Counted from the first letter of the stretch, positions 26,419-40,607 are shown. The stretch: DNA of 64,000 nucleotides from Eledone cirrhosa (GCA_964016885.1 OZ024744.1:33604001-33668000), one strand, 5' to 3'. Notes: a model not told the origin generated them from the letters alone. Numbers and translations are program-made.

Positions 26419-26600
26419 AATTGTTTCTACTTTTGGCACAAGGCCACCAATTAACAGTGTATTACTGGTACTTTATTTTATCGACCCCGTAAGGATGAAA
26501 GGCAAAGTTAACCTCGGCGGGATTTGAACTCAGAATGACAAGGGCCGTAACTCTATGCGTCAAAGCAAGGCAACCGACCCTCTACCGAATCTGCCAATCC
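26419..26600 (-). mobile_element. tRNA-derived CORE-type SINE
   Basis: A box tggcagattcgg, B box gttcaaatc, gcctttcatccttacggggtcgataaa domain. Confidence 0.85.
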
Positions 26601-26784
26601 CAGGGAAACAAAGAGAGGAGAGTGTGTAAGAAGGAGATAGAAAGAGAGAGGTAGAGAGAAGGAGAGAGGGCGAAAGAAATTGATATAGAGTGACATGAAT
26701 ACGAGGAGTGTATATATGCATGCGTGTGTGTGCGCGTGTGTATGTGAGGGTGGGTAAATTCAAGACCGCGGCGCCAAGCGGTTT

Positions 26785-26815
<31 letters not shown>

Positions 26816-26884
26816 CGTTATTCCGGGTTGAATCGGAGGTAACCACAGTAAGTAAGGTACTCAATACATTGCAGAGTATAAAAG

Positions 26885-27006
26885 TTTTAATATAGATGAG
26901 ATTCTACAGGACTAGTACTGTTTCATTCTTTAGAAATCATCAGGAATCTGATGATTTCTAAAGAATGAAACAGTTCTAGTCCTGTAGAATCTCATCTATA
27001 TTAAAA
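26885..27006. repeat. Fold-back palindrome centred beside a hammerhead-like core
   Basis: Arms of about 59 bp around gaat; the right arm begins CTGATGA-tttctaaagaat-GAAA; stem I not evident. Confidence 0.85.
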
Positions 27007-27026
27007 TATATATATATATATATATA

Positions 27027-27199
27027 TTCCAATTCCATGCCTCCCGTCTCTTCAATCTTTCTAATATCTCATTGTTTCTTCTGATACAGGACTAGCGTCC
27101 GAAACGTTAAGACCCTCTTCCTGCAATTTCAAGCGTTAACCTAATATATTCCTTTCATATACTGTACCGATTGTGTTGTTATTTCTGTTTACCTTTTAC

Positions 27200-27203
<4 letters not shown>
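27027..27203 (+). mobile_element. Solo pLTR fragment of the PLE at 61465-64000, with degenerate hammerhead at 27077-27112
   Basis: Reverse complement of about 61470-61650; core mutated to CTGATAC. Confidence 0.8.
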
Positions 27204-27232
<29 letters not shown>

Positions 27233-27369
27233 GTGGTAGAACACTGGAAGGTAATATCCGTAGTGGTAGAGCACTCAGTCCATGGGACGAGTTAGGTAGA
27301 AGTGGTTACACAGCAGTTAGTTCATACCGAGAACAATTGTTTCACCTTAGCGGATCCTCACCTCGTAAT

Positions 27370-27412
27370 TACGAGCTGAGGATCCGCTAAGGTGAAACAA
27401 TTGTTCTCGGTA
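27370..27412 (+). ncRNA. Minimal hammerhead within fold-back palindrome 27299-27441
   Basis: CGAG-CTGAGGA-tCC gctaa GGt-GAAA-CAATTG-TT-CTCG. Confidence 0.75.
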
Positions 27413-27440
27413 TGGTGAACTAACTGCTATGTAACCACTT

Positions 27441-27500
<60 letters not shown>

Positions 27501-27530
27501 GTGTGTGTGTGTATACATATATACATATAT

Positions 27531-27622
<92 letters not shown>

Positions 27623-27918
27623 AAGTTTATATATATATATATATATTGTTATAGTTTGGGAGGGTCATGCTGCCAATAAAAACACACACACCTGTTGGTT
27701 TTCACTTCCATTTATTATAAAGAATTAAAGAATCGCTGCTTTGACCCTTAACGGGATCTTCTGATTTATCAAGCCCTCTTCGGATTTTAGTCTTCACATT
27801 TATTATTATTACAATATATATATATGTATATATAAATATATATATACATATGCGTGTGTGTGTGTGTATTAATATATATGTGTGTGCATGTATATGAATA
27901 CATATATATATATAGATA

Positions 27919-27957
<39 letters not shown>

Positions 27958-27959
<2 letters not shown>

Positions 27960-28479
27960 CAGGAAAGAAGGTTTACATGGTTTGCTATACAAAAAAGTTT
28001 TTAATCACATAGCTTACATTTGTTTCACTGAACTGGTATGTCGAGAGATCGCTATCCGCCTAATTTTGCGTCACTCGATCGCCAATACAGAATTATAACC
28101 AGTCAGATCTTCGGAGCATGCGAGAATGAAGAAAATACACAGGCAAGAAAAGAAAAGAAAATATGGAGTAGTTATGGCATTCAATTAGAACAATAACAAC
28201 AACAATTATTACAACAATGCTATCAATAAACTATTTAAGGAGACCCTGACATTACTTAGGTGGGGGGTATATAATGTATCTAATATTACGGCGTGAAAAC
28301 CAGCTGTCATAAGGCAAAAAGTATCGTAGTGTGTATCAATTTTAAATTATAAAGATAAGCTAGTTTTTACAGTCTTTCTCTTCATCTTCAACAGTATACA
28401 TGAGTGGGACCACTGTCAAAGCTCAATAGTTGTAGAGTTAATACAGAGGTTAACGAATTAATATACGCATATATCTACG

Positions 28480-28513
<34 letters not shown>

Positions 28514-29173
28514 AATATATATACACATATATGTGTACATAGACACATACATACACATCAATATACACCCGTACAAAAATATACATACATGCAAAGAGAA
28601 AAGCGTGCTAATTGTAATATGGCAAAAAGAAGGTAAAGTAATATTGTAGTAGTGAAATGAGAAAAACTAGGATCTAGGATCAAATGATTGCAGCAGCTGA
28701 GAAGGAGTAAGATTGTTGGTAGATGAGGTATTTACAGACAATTGTGTGGTATAGACTTGTGAAGGAAATAGTATACTTAATGAATATATTTCTGTGGGTA
28801 GTAGGTATCCTAATTTAAAGCTATGTTATGTTGGTTCGATTCACGGAGGTTTGAATCTTATGAATTTAGTGGCTATTCTATGTCTGCAGAAGATAGATCT
28901 TTCTAACTTATTATTAAGTAGCCTTTTAACAAGTCTATACCACACAATTGTCTGTAAATACCTCATCTACCAACAATCTTACTCCTTCTCAGCTGCTGCA
29001 ATCATTTGATCCTAGATCCTAGTTTTTCTCATTTCACTACTACAATGTTACTTTACCTTCTTTTTGCCATAACTACAATTAGCACGCTTTTCTCTTTGCA
29101 TGTATGTATATTGTACGAGTGTATATTGATGTGTATGTATGTGTCTATGTACACATATATGTGTATATATATT

Positions 29174-29264
<91 letters not shown>

Positions 29265-29946
29265 GCGTATATTAATTCGTTAACCTCTGTATTAACTCTA
29301 CAACTATTGAGCTTTGACAGTGGTCCCACTCATGTATACTGTTGAAGATGAAGAGAAAGACTGTAAAAACTAGCTTATCTTTATAATTTAAAATTGATAC
29401 ACACTACGATACTTTTTGCCTTATGACAGCTGATTTTCACGCCGTAACATTAGATACATTATATACCCCCCACCTAAGTAATGTCAGGGTCTCCTTAAAT
29501 AGTTTATTGATAGCATTGTTGTAATAATTGTTGTTGTTATTGTTCTAATTGAATGCCATAACTACTCCATATTTTCTTTTCTTTTCTTGCCTGTGTATTC
29601 TCTTCATTCTCGCATGCTCCGAAGATCTGACTGGTTATAATTCTGTATTGGCGATCGAGTGACGCAAAATTAGGCGGATAGCGATCTCTAGACATACCAG
29701 TTCAGTGAAACAAATGTAAGCTATGTGATTAAAAACTTTTTTGTATAGCAAACCATGTAAACCTTCTTTCCTGATTTATTATTACTCCAAGTGTTTACAA
29801 CATAGGAATTACAGCATACCCGCAGCATCACTATGAAAACGCCTTGTTGAGTCAAACCAAGCCAAGCGTTAATATCATCCACTACCTGGAATACCATAAC
29901 TGGACTTCACCTAAGTGGACTGCATTTAACTATTATTTGTTAATCC

Positions 29947-29948
<2 letters not shown>
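27958..29948. mobile_element. Inverted pair of pLTRs of the Hydra-like PLE family, in (TA)n
   Basis: 27958-28930 matches 20828-21851; 28931-29778 is the inverted copy and extends about 170 bp further to (TA)n. Confidence 0.9.
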
Positions 29949-29978
<30 letters not shown>

Positions 29979-30222
29979 CGAGAGAGAGAAAGAGAGTGAG
30001 AGAGAAAGAGATAGGAGGGGGAGAGAGAGAAAGAGAATTAGAGAATATTTTCCCCAACTCTAACAATAACAACAACAATAATAAGGCAGTGACAGCCACA
30101 ATGTACAGTCACTGCAATGTCCAGATAACAGGCTAATATTGCCTTCTGGCAGTAACGCCCAGTCTGTAGTATTTATTCTATAGAGCCGGAAAAAAGGTTT
30201 AAATATACAACTTTTAACATAG

Positions 30223-30302
<80 letters not shown>

Positions 30303-30338
30303 GATAACGAATGGAAACTATATTTATTAAACCATATT

Positions 30339-30403
30339 TATTTCATTATACATATTTCAAGGACACCAAGTCAAATTATGGTGCGCTTTCATCAGATAAA
30401 ATA
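30339..30403 (-). ncRNA. Type-I hammerhead with extended stem II
   Basis: TATTTTAT-CTGATGA-AAGcGCACCA..TGGTGTcCTT-GAAA-TATGTA-TA-ATGAAATA. Confidence 0.82.
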
Positions 30404-30491
30404 TAATATAGATCAGTTTTATAAATAAATATTGACATACCCTTTAAGAATGCGACCATTTCTGTTGGAAGCTCCCATCACTATATACATA

Positions 30492-31755
30492 CAGGTGTTG
30501 GACAAAATAATGGAAACACCTAGCATCATAGCATCATAATTTTGAAATATGTATAAAACCGTCAGAAGCTTGTTTATTTTTATGTTTTTTTTTATTTATT
30601 ATTAGTGTTGCTTAATATATTTTGCTTAAAATTGCTGTTTCTTTTCAGATATCAGAAAAAGGTAATTAAAATTCATTAAAATGACAGGTCTATCGGACTT
30701 TCAAAGAGGTCACATTGTTGGTGCTCGTATGGCAGGCGCTAGCGTAACGAAAACAGTCGAAATGTTTGGTGTATCAAAAAGTACTGTCTCGAAAGTAATG
30801 ACAGCTTTTGAGAAAGAGGGAAAAACCTACTCGTCGAAACCAAAACTTTCAGATAGTGACCGTCGGACTCTTACGGGAATTGTTAGAAAGGATCACAGCT
30901 CCCAAGGATCACAGCTCCCAAAATTACTGCAGAGCTAAATGACCACCTCGAGAACCCAGTTTCCACAAAAACTGTTCGCCGGGAGCTGCACAAAGCCGGA
31001 TTTTACGGGAGGGCTGCAATCAGAAAACCACTACTTTCATAAACAAACGTTGCAAAGCGTTTAGAATGGAGTAAAAACCTACAGAATTGGTCCCTAGAGC
31101 AGTGGAAGAATGTTATTTTCTCGGACGAGTCAACCTTTACCTTATTTCCGACCACCGGCCGAGTATGTGGGGACAGCCAAAAGAAAAGAAGCATTTGACT
31201 CAGACTACCTTCTTCCAACTGTTAAACATGGAGGAGGATCTGTGATGATCGGGGGGGGGGGGGCTATATCTTGGAAATCCGCCGGCCCAATGGTTTCCCT
31301 TCATGGCAAAATTAATAGTCAAGACTATTTAACCATTTTATCTGACCAAATTCATCCTATGGTTGCGGAACTGTTTCCGGAGGGAAACGCAATCTTTCAG
31401 GATGATAATGTACCAATTCACACAGCTAAAGTTGTTACTGAATGGCACGAGGAACATTCTAGCGAAGTTGAACATCTTATCTGGCCACCACAGTCCCCAG
31501 ATCTCAATATTATTGAACATTTATGGTGCATTTTAGAAAAAAAAATAAGGAGCCCTCCACCATCATCACTACAAGAACTGGAGACTGTTTTAGCTGAAGA
31601 ATGGGCAAACATTCCTTTGGAAACAATTCAAACTTTGTACGAGTCCATACCTCGTAGAATTCAAGCTGTAATTACTTCCAAAGGCGGTCCTACCCAATAT
31701 TAAAATAAATTTGTTTGAAATTTTAAGGTGTTTCCCTTATTTTGAACAAGCCCTG
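30492..31755 (+). mobile_element. Tc1/mariner DNA transposon, 1264 bp, defective DD34E transposase
   Basis: Imperfect 30-bp TIRs CAGGTGTTGGACAAAATAATGGAAACACCT, TA on both sides; HTH (30681-), FSDES, FQDDNVPIH, WPPQSPDLNIIEHLW; frameshifts. Confidence 0.95.
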
Positions 31756-31786
31756 TACATACGTAAATACATACATACATATATAC

Positions 31787-33059
31787 ATGGTGGCTGCCAA
31801 CTCGTTTTCGAGTACGGCCACTACTTTATATCCATGTAGGAGAACCCCTACCGATGCGCTGAACGAGTGTGACTTTTTAGTCCAGCCAGCGACTTGAAAA
31901 CTCTGGTACAAACATTACACTTGTGACAATTATTGACACATAGTGCTGGGCCCATGGTACCATGTGACGACAAGTGCAGAGAGATCTCCAGATATAAGGC
32001 AATGTCTGTGCCGTGAAGCTTTTATAGTGAGCAAAGGCACTGCACAAAGCCAGTCCCACTCTCTTAACCAAGATGATATTTACCAAAAAGAAGAACAAGT
32101 CAACATCATTGGATACCATCAGAGTTGCAGGTGTTATATAAGAGTTTTCCTTCTCCTAGAATTCTGCCTTGACAAAGGCTAAGGGGTCATCACTCCCGGT
32201 GATTTTGGATGGCCATTGACTCTTAAGAGCTCCTTTGACATTTGACAGGTTTTGTTTTTAGTCCTGCAGGATGTCCAAAGTCCCCCTCCTCACTAAGAAA
32301 CCTTGGTGAGGTTGCCATTTAGTCGTCAACGACCCGACCATGAGACAGGTTGTACTGTGATACATGTTACCAGTAGCACCAACTGGTGACCTGACATACA
32401 TATATACATACATACATATAAATCAAAATATACATACATACACACATACATAGTGGCTGCCAACTCGTTTTCGAGTACAGCCACTACTTTATATCCATGT
32501 AGGAGAACCCCTACCGATGCGCTGAACGAGTGTGACTTTTTAGTCCAGCCAGCGACTTGAAAACTCTGGTACAAACACTACACTTGTGACAATTATTGAC
32601 ACATAGTGCTGGGCCCATGGTACCATGTGACGACAAGTGCAGAGAGATCTCCAGATATAAAGCAATGCCTGTGCCGTGAAGCTTTTGTAGTGAGAAAAGG
32701 CTCTGCACAAAGCCAGTCCCACTCTCTTAACCAAGATGATATTAGCCAAAAAGAAGAACAAGTCAACATCATTGGATACCATCAGGGTTGCAGGTGTTAT
32801 ATCAGAGTTTTCCTTCTCCTAGAATTCTGCCTTGACAAAGGCTAAGGGGTCATCACTCCCGGTGATTTTGGATGGCCAGTGACTCTTAAGAGCTCCTTTG
32901 CCCTTTGACAGGTTTTGTTTTTAGTCCTGCAGGATGTCCAAAGTCCCCTTCCTCACCAAGAAACCTTGGTGAGGTTGCCAGTTTAGTCGCCAACGACCCG
33001 ACCATGAGACAGGTTGTACTGTGATACACGTTTCCAGTAGCACCAACTGGTGACCTGAC
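31787..33059 (-). mobile_element. Two tandem full-length family A copies (31787-32395 and 32450-33059)
   Basis: About 610 bp each, same 5' and 3' ends, separated by (CATA)-like repeats; contain RTE-like 5' UTR motif ctaggagaaggaaaactct and a C2H2 remnant [22 protein letters not shown]. Confidence 0.85.
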
Positions 33060-33099
33060 ATATATACATACATACATACATGCATACATACATACGTAC

Positions 33100-34300
33100 A
33101 ACTAAGTGAGATGGATGTAGAACTCGCAAACTTCTCAGTGTTACTGGGAACTTTAACATCAATGGTGATGTGGATAGGCTATACTTCTCACGCAAGAAAG
33201 GTGGCCGGGGTCTAAATTCCATATTAACAACATATGAGACCCGGATAGTAACACTGAGGCAACACCTTCAACAGAGGAAAAAGGTTGGCAACCATTTTGC
33301 CCAGGTTTATGAGCATGAAAAAAAAAAATCATTAGAATAGCGACTGATCTGGAGGAGGGATATGGAATAAAGCCTGATATAAATCTCTCACCCAGAGGAA
33401 TCTGAAAATCCTATTCAATATTCAAACAAGATGAAATAATTGACCAAATTACAGAAAAAGTTGTGCATGGATACTTGAGACGTAAAACACAGACCATAGA
33501 AGGGATAAACCACTCAAAAAGCCTGGCATGGAGTTCCGACAAGTTTATGACATCACACCTTGTGGGATATCTCTATGGAATACAGGAACAAGAACTCCCT
33601 ACCAAATATCTGCTGCACAAAAGGGGAGGGCCAGCAGCTGACAATAAATGTAGGCTATGTAAAACAAAGATCGAGCATGTAAGCCACACTGTTGCCAGCT
33701 GCGAAAGAATGTCATCTCGCTACTACCTCCCCATGAGACACATGGGATAGCTAGAACCATCTGGAACGCACTTCGGAAAACAAAATTGACAACAAACGAG
33801 GAAGAATATATTGAGACAGATGGCACTAAGGAATACTGGTGGAACCTGAAAATAAAAACTGCCACTAAATTAAAGCACAACCGGCCTGATATTGTTGTTT
33901 GGGACCACACATTGAAAACGTGTTCTGTTGTGGAGATCAGCTGCCCACTTGATGTAAAAGTTGTCAGAAAAATACAGGAGAAGGAGGACATCTACGGACC
34001 ATTGATGAGGAGTTTACAAATCCAGTATCCAAGATACACCTTTAGCTTCATACCCATCATTATTGGAGCTACGGGTTATATACTAACCCGCTTGGACCAA
34101 AGTATGACTGAACTTGGATTTGCGGACAAAAAGCGCAGCTCCCTAATTCATAGTCTACAAATGGCTGCGATAGCTGGCACCTTCAACATTTGCAAAACAT
34201 TCTTGCGATTCAAGGGATGACAATTTCTTTTCTTTTACAACCTTGCCACCAGGAAGGTGGCCGGTCAAAAAAATATACTCGAAATTAAGAGAAAGAGATA
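33100..34300 (+). mobile_element. 5'-truncated RLE-type (R4-like) LINE in (CATA)n
   Basis: DVDRLY..RKKGGRGL, IQEQEL, CRLC..EHVSHTVASC, HNRPDIVVWD..VEISCP..EKEDIY; stops and frameshifts. Confidence 0.88.
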
Positions 34301-34420
34301 ACATATATACATACGTACATATACATCAGTATATACATACACACATACATACATACACACATACATACATACATTCATACGTACATATACACATACACAT
34401 ACATACGTACATACATACAC

Positions 34421-34768
34421 CAGACCCGCCAACCTCTAAAACACAAACGTGGATTATCATGAAAAACAGTGCCCCAAAACGAGGAGAAATGAGACAAAGA
34501 AGGGAGATTTTACATAATGAAAGCTGTAATCACAAGAAATGACATCTCTCACCTACCCCAAAATGGGTGGGAGATCTCCCCGTCTGACAGGGCCCCCAGG
34601 AGAAATGTTCAAGGCGGTAGAAGACCCCTTTCTGACCCAAAGCAGGCAAATATTTTTTTCAAAATGGATATTGCGTAGTTGCTGTGGGGCCTTCTTAGCT
34701 CTCGGGTCCCGGAACAAAGTAGCGACTGCACTCCCTCTCGTAGGCCATGAGCAGAGTTGACAGGTCTG
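34421..34768. mobile_element. MITE with CAGACCTG(C/T)CAAC terminal inverted repeats (also 35841-36033, 49642-49836; partial 35395-35492, 36907-37085)
   Basis: Five related copies, core about 190 bp, ends cagacctgccaacctct / gagttgacaggtctg; target duplication not seen. Confidence 0.7.
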
Positions 34769-34797
34769 CAATAATAGCAAAAACTGTAACAACTATA

Positions 34798-34842
<45 letters not shown>

Positions 34843-36307
34843 GCTACTACTACTACTACTACTACTACTGCTACTACTACTACTACTACTACTGCAGTAG
34901 CAGTAGTACAACTACAACAACAACAAATATAGATTACTAGCCTACAAGGACTGCCACACACATACATATGCAGACAGATTCACGTACAAACACATACACG
35001 CACACGCATACGTATACATACAGACACACCCATACACACACATACATACACAGACAGGTAAACAGATAGACACGCAGGTAACTGCAAATGACACGCTGAT
35101 ATGATCATGAGTTCAATTAACACGGCCCAATAGTAAAATGTTTCGTTTAAAAAGTGCCGCATGAATTGAGATGTAAAATATATATGATTGCTTGTTTGCA
35201 CGCCATTGGAGCCCTTAAATGTACGTATTTGTCGGTCACTTGTCACGTGATAGCACTTCCTGTCAACTTCCAACAGAGTACAGTAGAGCTATCTTTGTTT
35301 CAGTGGCCTTGCTAGAGAGGGGGCAGGGGTTACGGTTGCTCCCCCTCAGTACATTCTGTAACAGTAGCACTTCCGTTACCGTTTTCTAGCTTTCATTATA
35401 TAAAATCTCCCTATTTTGCCTCGTTTCTCCCCATTTTGGGGCCCTTTTTTCATAATACGCCGCATTTGGGATTTTAGAGGTTGACAGGTCTGGCAATATT
35501 GCCAGTCAATTTTATTGTATTTTGTGTGGGATAGACGTATTATTTTTACGTATATTTTTTCATGATTTGTTTTGTTTATGGTGTTTGTTTTTTTAGATAG
35601 ATATATCATTCTAACATTTCAAAACATTATCTTATAATATCTTTGTTACACGTTAGATGTTAGAAATTATTATTCCAAAACATTTCAAAATCATTTCTTC
35701 TGTTTGTTTAATTTTCTCGTAACTCATCTTGTTTTAATTACTTACTCCACGCCCTTGTAGATAACACTTATTTCCTTTTATTCTTTTTCTTGTTTCTTAT
35801 AAATCTTTCATAATTACATACATACCTTACACACACATTGCAGACCTGCTAACTTCTAAAAACCTAAACGGGGAGTACCATGAAAAAAAGTGCCTCCAAA
35901 CAGGGAGAAATGAGGCAAAATTGGGGAGAGTTTACATAATGAAAGCTATACCAATTTTCACAAGAGAAGACATCTCTCACCCATCCCAAAGCGTGTGGGT
36001 CTCCCCGTCGGACGAGGAGAGTTGACAGTGCTGAGATACACATACACACACATACGTACACAGACAGGTAGACAGATAGAAACACACACACACACGCAGG
36101 TAACTGCAAATAACACGCTGATATGATCATGAGTTCAATTAACACGGCTCAATAGTAAAATGTTTCGTTTAAAAAGTGCCGCATGAATTGAGATGTAAAA
36201 TATATATGATTGCTTGTTTGCACGCCATTGGAGCCCTTAAATGTACGTATTTGTCGGTCACTTGTCACGTGATGGCACTTCCTGTCAACTTCAAACAGAG
36301 TACAGTA

Positions 36308-36650
36308 GGAATGTGAAAGTGGAGAGAAGGGTACTACAACCCAGTAAATTCGCTGAAAGGTGGGTGAGTATGGCGAAAATGGCCCGAGTGAATGGGCTTC
36401 TCTGTATATAAACCTGTAGGTTGAAGAAGACAAAAGACGGAAGACGGGAACACCTACAAAACACGCTCCTGGTGTTAAGGGTTATTCTATCCATGGGGTG
36501 TAAAACAACCCATTTGTAACGTTCTCTCTATTGGGGTTTTCGATTATTCATTTAAAATGTTAACTTTGTTTATACGATTATTTGTAAAAAACCCGCTGTC
36601 ACGTCTTGTAATATCCTATTTTTTGTGCGCCCTTGTGGCAAATAAAGAAA
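36308..36650 (+). mobile_element. Extreme 3' end of a third Tx1 LINE
   Basis: KVERRVLQPSKFAERWVSMAKMARVNG, then cccttgtggcaaataaagaa terminus. Confidence 0.8.
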
Positions 36651-37269
36651 TATATCTTTGTAATTTTAACACTTTGTCATATAACGTTGTTGATGTAGTT
36701 GTTATTGTGGATATTGTTACTTTTTTTTTTATTTCAGGTCATCTCAGGTCAAGCAAAGCTATGATCACACGACGTTCCAGGGTCCGCCATCCAGCCGTGA
36801 CCATCCAAATGCGACCGTTAGAACAGTATACCCAGGACTATATTATCCAGTTAAATGTTACTTTTTTTCTTTTCAAGATCCTAAACGTGTGACTTATAGG
36901 AAACACCAGACCTGCGAACCTCCAAAACCCCAAACGGGGCATTCCATGAAAAACAGTACCCCCAAACGGGGAGAAATGAGGCAAAATGGAGAGATTTTAC
37001 ATAATGAAAGCTATACTCATTTTCATAAGATAAGACATCGCTCACCCAACCCAGAGTGAGTAGATCTTCCCGTAGGATCAGGAGATCTACTCACTTTGGT
37101 ATTGGTGTGTGCACGACGTTCCAGGGTCTGCCACCCAGCAGTGACCATCCAAGTGTGACCATTAATACAGTATACCTATGACTATATTATCCAGTGTAGT
37201 GTTACTTTCGTTCTTTCAAGATCGTAAACGTGTGATAAAAAGGTAGCATGGCTCCTATTACTAAAATCA

Positions 37270-37630
37270 GAGTTTGATGGAACTTATACACGGATGCTAA
37301 GGGCTGTACTTAATATCTCATGGACACAGCACCCCACTAAAGAACTGCTCTATGGTCCCATCCCTGATATATATGCAATATTGCGGGAACGAAGAATGAG
37401 ATTTGCAGGACACTGCTGGCGAGCAAAGCAAGAACTTGTTAGTGATATTTTGCTTTGGACCCCTCGCTGTGGTCAAAGGATGGTTGGCCAACTGGTTTTA
37501 TCTTACATAAACCAAGTATGTAGAGACACAGGTTGCTCCCCTAAAGACCCCCCCCCCAATACTTATGCTTGATCGTAATGGAAAGCGTGCTAGACTCATG
37601 AATATCCGAACGAGCTCAACCAGATAAGCA
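37270..37630 (+). mobile_element. 3' fragment of RTE/RTEX-like LINE
   Basis: MLRAVLNISWTQHPTKELLYG..RRMRFAGHCWR..ILLWTP. Confidence 0.8.
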
Positions 37631-37716
37631 TGTTGATTTATGTATTTTATACTACCTCAAGTATTGAGTACTTTGGTGCGTTATGGTCCACCTGGTTCCT
37701 TACCACATTTCCTCCG

Positions 37717-37786
<70 letters not shown>

Positions 37787-38107
37787 ATGGAGGCGGTAAA
37801 AACCAGTTAGACCATTACTCTCCAGAGTACTCAAAACTTTGGGTAGTAGAGTGGATAATATGAAAAATTTAGGACACCGACGGCTGAGCTACGGCCGTTT
37901 CAACAGGTAGATCCGGCCAGCATGGTATAGCAAGCCACATCGGACACTGGAATAGTTCCTTTATTTTCTTCGGAAGAAGAGATATTAATCTCGAAATATC
38001 AGGACATATGAATAAATTAAGGTAAAAAAAACAAAACCCTGTTTCTTGTTTTAATTTTTTTCCGCCCAAACCTGCGTTGTCGTGGCTTTCATACTTCGTA
38101 TTCTTTA

Positions 38108-38220
<113 letters not shown>

Positions 38221-38224
38221 CAGG

Positions 38225-38495
38225 TAAAATCCCCGAGATCCATCGACGAGTTCACTCCAGCGGTCTCTGTCCTTCATCATTGCCGCTATGTCCCACCTCT
38301 CCCGGTGACCAGTGTCTGTCCTTAGGACACAAACATATGTCATCCTCGGTCTCGCTCTTCCAGTGTGTCCGTGTAGGGGCTTCCACAGGAGCACTAAGTG
38401 CAATGTCAACTCTGAATGTCGGTGAGCATGTCCAGCTAACCTCAGTCTCCAGCTGACTTTCGCGAGGCTCCCGTACAGCTCTGAGTTCTTCTTCT
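38225..38495 (-). mobile_element. 3' fragment of RTE/RTEX-like LINE
   Basis: ELYGSL..RLRLAGHAHRH..VLLWKPLHG..GRARPRMTY. Confidence 0.75.
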
Positions 38496-38555
38496 TCATA
38501 TGTATATATATATATATATATATATACATATATATACATATATATATATAAATAT

Positions 38556-39617
38556 ACACTTCGTTGCTGAATTTGTTTAGCAAGATTTCTTATCTGAAAA
38601 CGCGTGTTGAAACAGATATTGTTATACTTTGGGAGGGTCATGTTGCCAATAAAATCACATGCACCTGTTGGTTTTCACTTCAATTTATTAGAAATTAAAT
38701 TTATAAACTTAAGAATTTATAAATTTCCGGTTGGTTGGTTGGTTCCACAGCCAGACGATTGTTCATATATTGTCAAAGTTCTTTCGTCACACATTATGTG
38801 ACCTCTTCAGTGACTGGGGATTCTTTTCTTTGTTTTTGTGCTTCTCTTTTGTTCTGTCCTACGCCATCTTGTTTTGTGTGCTTAGTTTGCGCATGTGTTA
38901 CATCCGGGTGTCTGTGTGTGTTTATATTTGTAAATGAACACTGGCGAGAGCTTCAAGATAGTAAAGAATCATCTGTACTCCACCAACATGCTAAAATAGA
39001 ACATAAGGTTAAATTAGAGAACATTGAAATAAAAATAGAATCTACACACAGAAAAGACGCAATGATTAGACCAATCACAGAGGCAATAAACATAAATGAA
39101 CTCCAACCAAAATTAAATAGAAAACATGAATGGAATAGCAACATCACAACTTACAATTAAGGACAAAATGAAAACGCACACATACATAGAACAAACAACC
39201 AACCAGTAACATGTAAATAAACAATAAGTAAACAAATATAAACACACACAGACACCCGGATATAACACATGCGCAAACTAAGCATACAACACACACAAAA
39301 ACAAGATGGCGTAGGACAGAACAAAAGAGAGGCATAAAAACAAAGAAAAGAATCCCCAGTCACTGAAGAGGTCACAGAATGTGAGACGAAAGAACTTTGA
39401 CAATATATGAACAATCGTCTGGTTGTGGAACCAACCAACAAACCGGAAATTTATAAATTCCTAAATTTATAAATTTAATTTATAATAAATTGAAGTGAAA
39501 GAAACTGGTGCGTGTGTTTCTTATTGGCAACATGACCCTCCCAAAGCATAACAATAACGGTTTCAACACACGTTTTCAGATAAAGAATCTTGTTAAACAA
39601 ATTCAGAATCGAAATAT
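38556..39617. mobile_element. Short inverted-pLTR insertion of a diverged subfamily of the 15-20 kb PLE
   Basis: pLTR(-) 38556-38930, GIY-YIG C-terminus 38931-39160 (+), pLTR(+) to 39617, (TA)n flanks. Confidence 0.9.
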
Positions 39618-40097
39618 ATATATATATATATAAATATAATAACTAGAAATTGATTAACATATATATAAACATGAATAATCACAGGAGATAATTTTTACAA
39701 GTGTGTAACCACACATAGCTAGGTAGGTGACTAAATAAAGTTGACCAGAACTTCAAAAATAGATACCTTATAATATGATTAATCTTCCCTGTATATATTC
39801 CATTAAAGAAATATATTTCACCAATTAATCGGATGGTAAACCACGGAAGTGGATACTTGGATTTTCAACAAGGAAGAAGTTCCAGCGATACGTGTTTACA
39901 CTTCAAGTTCAAATCAGCGACTGGCCAGGAACACGTGCTATATCTACTAGAAATACACACATCATACTAGTTATTATAAAATGCTCGGACCTACTCGTTA
40001 GAAACTTAGAGCTTATTTTGCGGGTGATATGGCGCATGTCTTTCTGGCATGACACCTATAATTTTGATTTATCTTAATTTTGGATATAGATATATAG

Positions 40098-40203
<106 letters not shown>

Positions 40204-40225
40204 GTTTATATACATACATATATAT

Positions 40226-40607
40226 GACTCATAAGAGTCAACGGCCATCTGAAATTGTGTAAATATGTATATACACATGTACCGCGCGGTTAAACTACTG
40301 GGAGTGAAGGACTCCTAGCCTTTGTCAGGTCATTCTTCCCTGGAGAAGTCAACTCAGGAAACTGGGATAACTCCGATATAAAACCTGCGGCTCAGTAGTT
40401 ACCGATGATGTTGATCTTTTCTTCTTTTCGGGTTATAGCTACTGTCGCTGAGAGAGTGGGATTGGCTCAGTGCACAGTCTTTCCACACTTTAAAAAATAT
40501 ATTCACACACAGGCATTGCACGATAGAATTAATTAATAATAATTAATAATGGTATATCGTGTAATGGACATTCTCGATAACGAGGGGGCAGCCATCATCA
40601 TCATCAT
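40226..40607 (+). mobile_element. Family B element, plus orientation, 5'-truncated
   Basis: Reverse complement of parts of 25216-25735; (CAT)n tail. Confidence 0.75.

Noticed and set aside
32960-33059. HDV-like ribozyme at the 5' end of family A (known for some RTE elements)
   Set aside because: A P4-like hairpin followed by CTAA is present, but I could not build a consistent P1/P2/P3 double pseudoknot by eye; needs a descriptor search.
39880-39930. Additional hammerhead on the minus strand (also 55445-55480)
   Set aside because: Core too degenerate (CTGATTTGA, CTGATTA) and stems weak.
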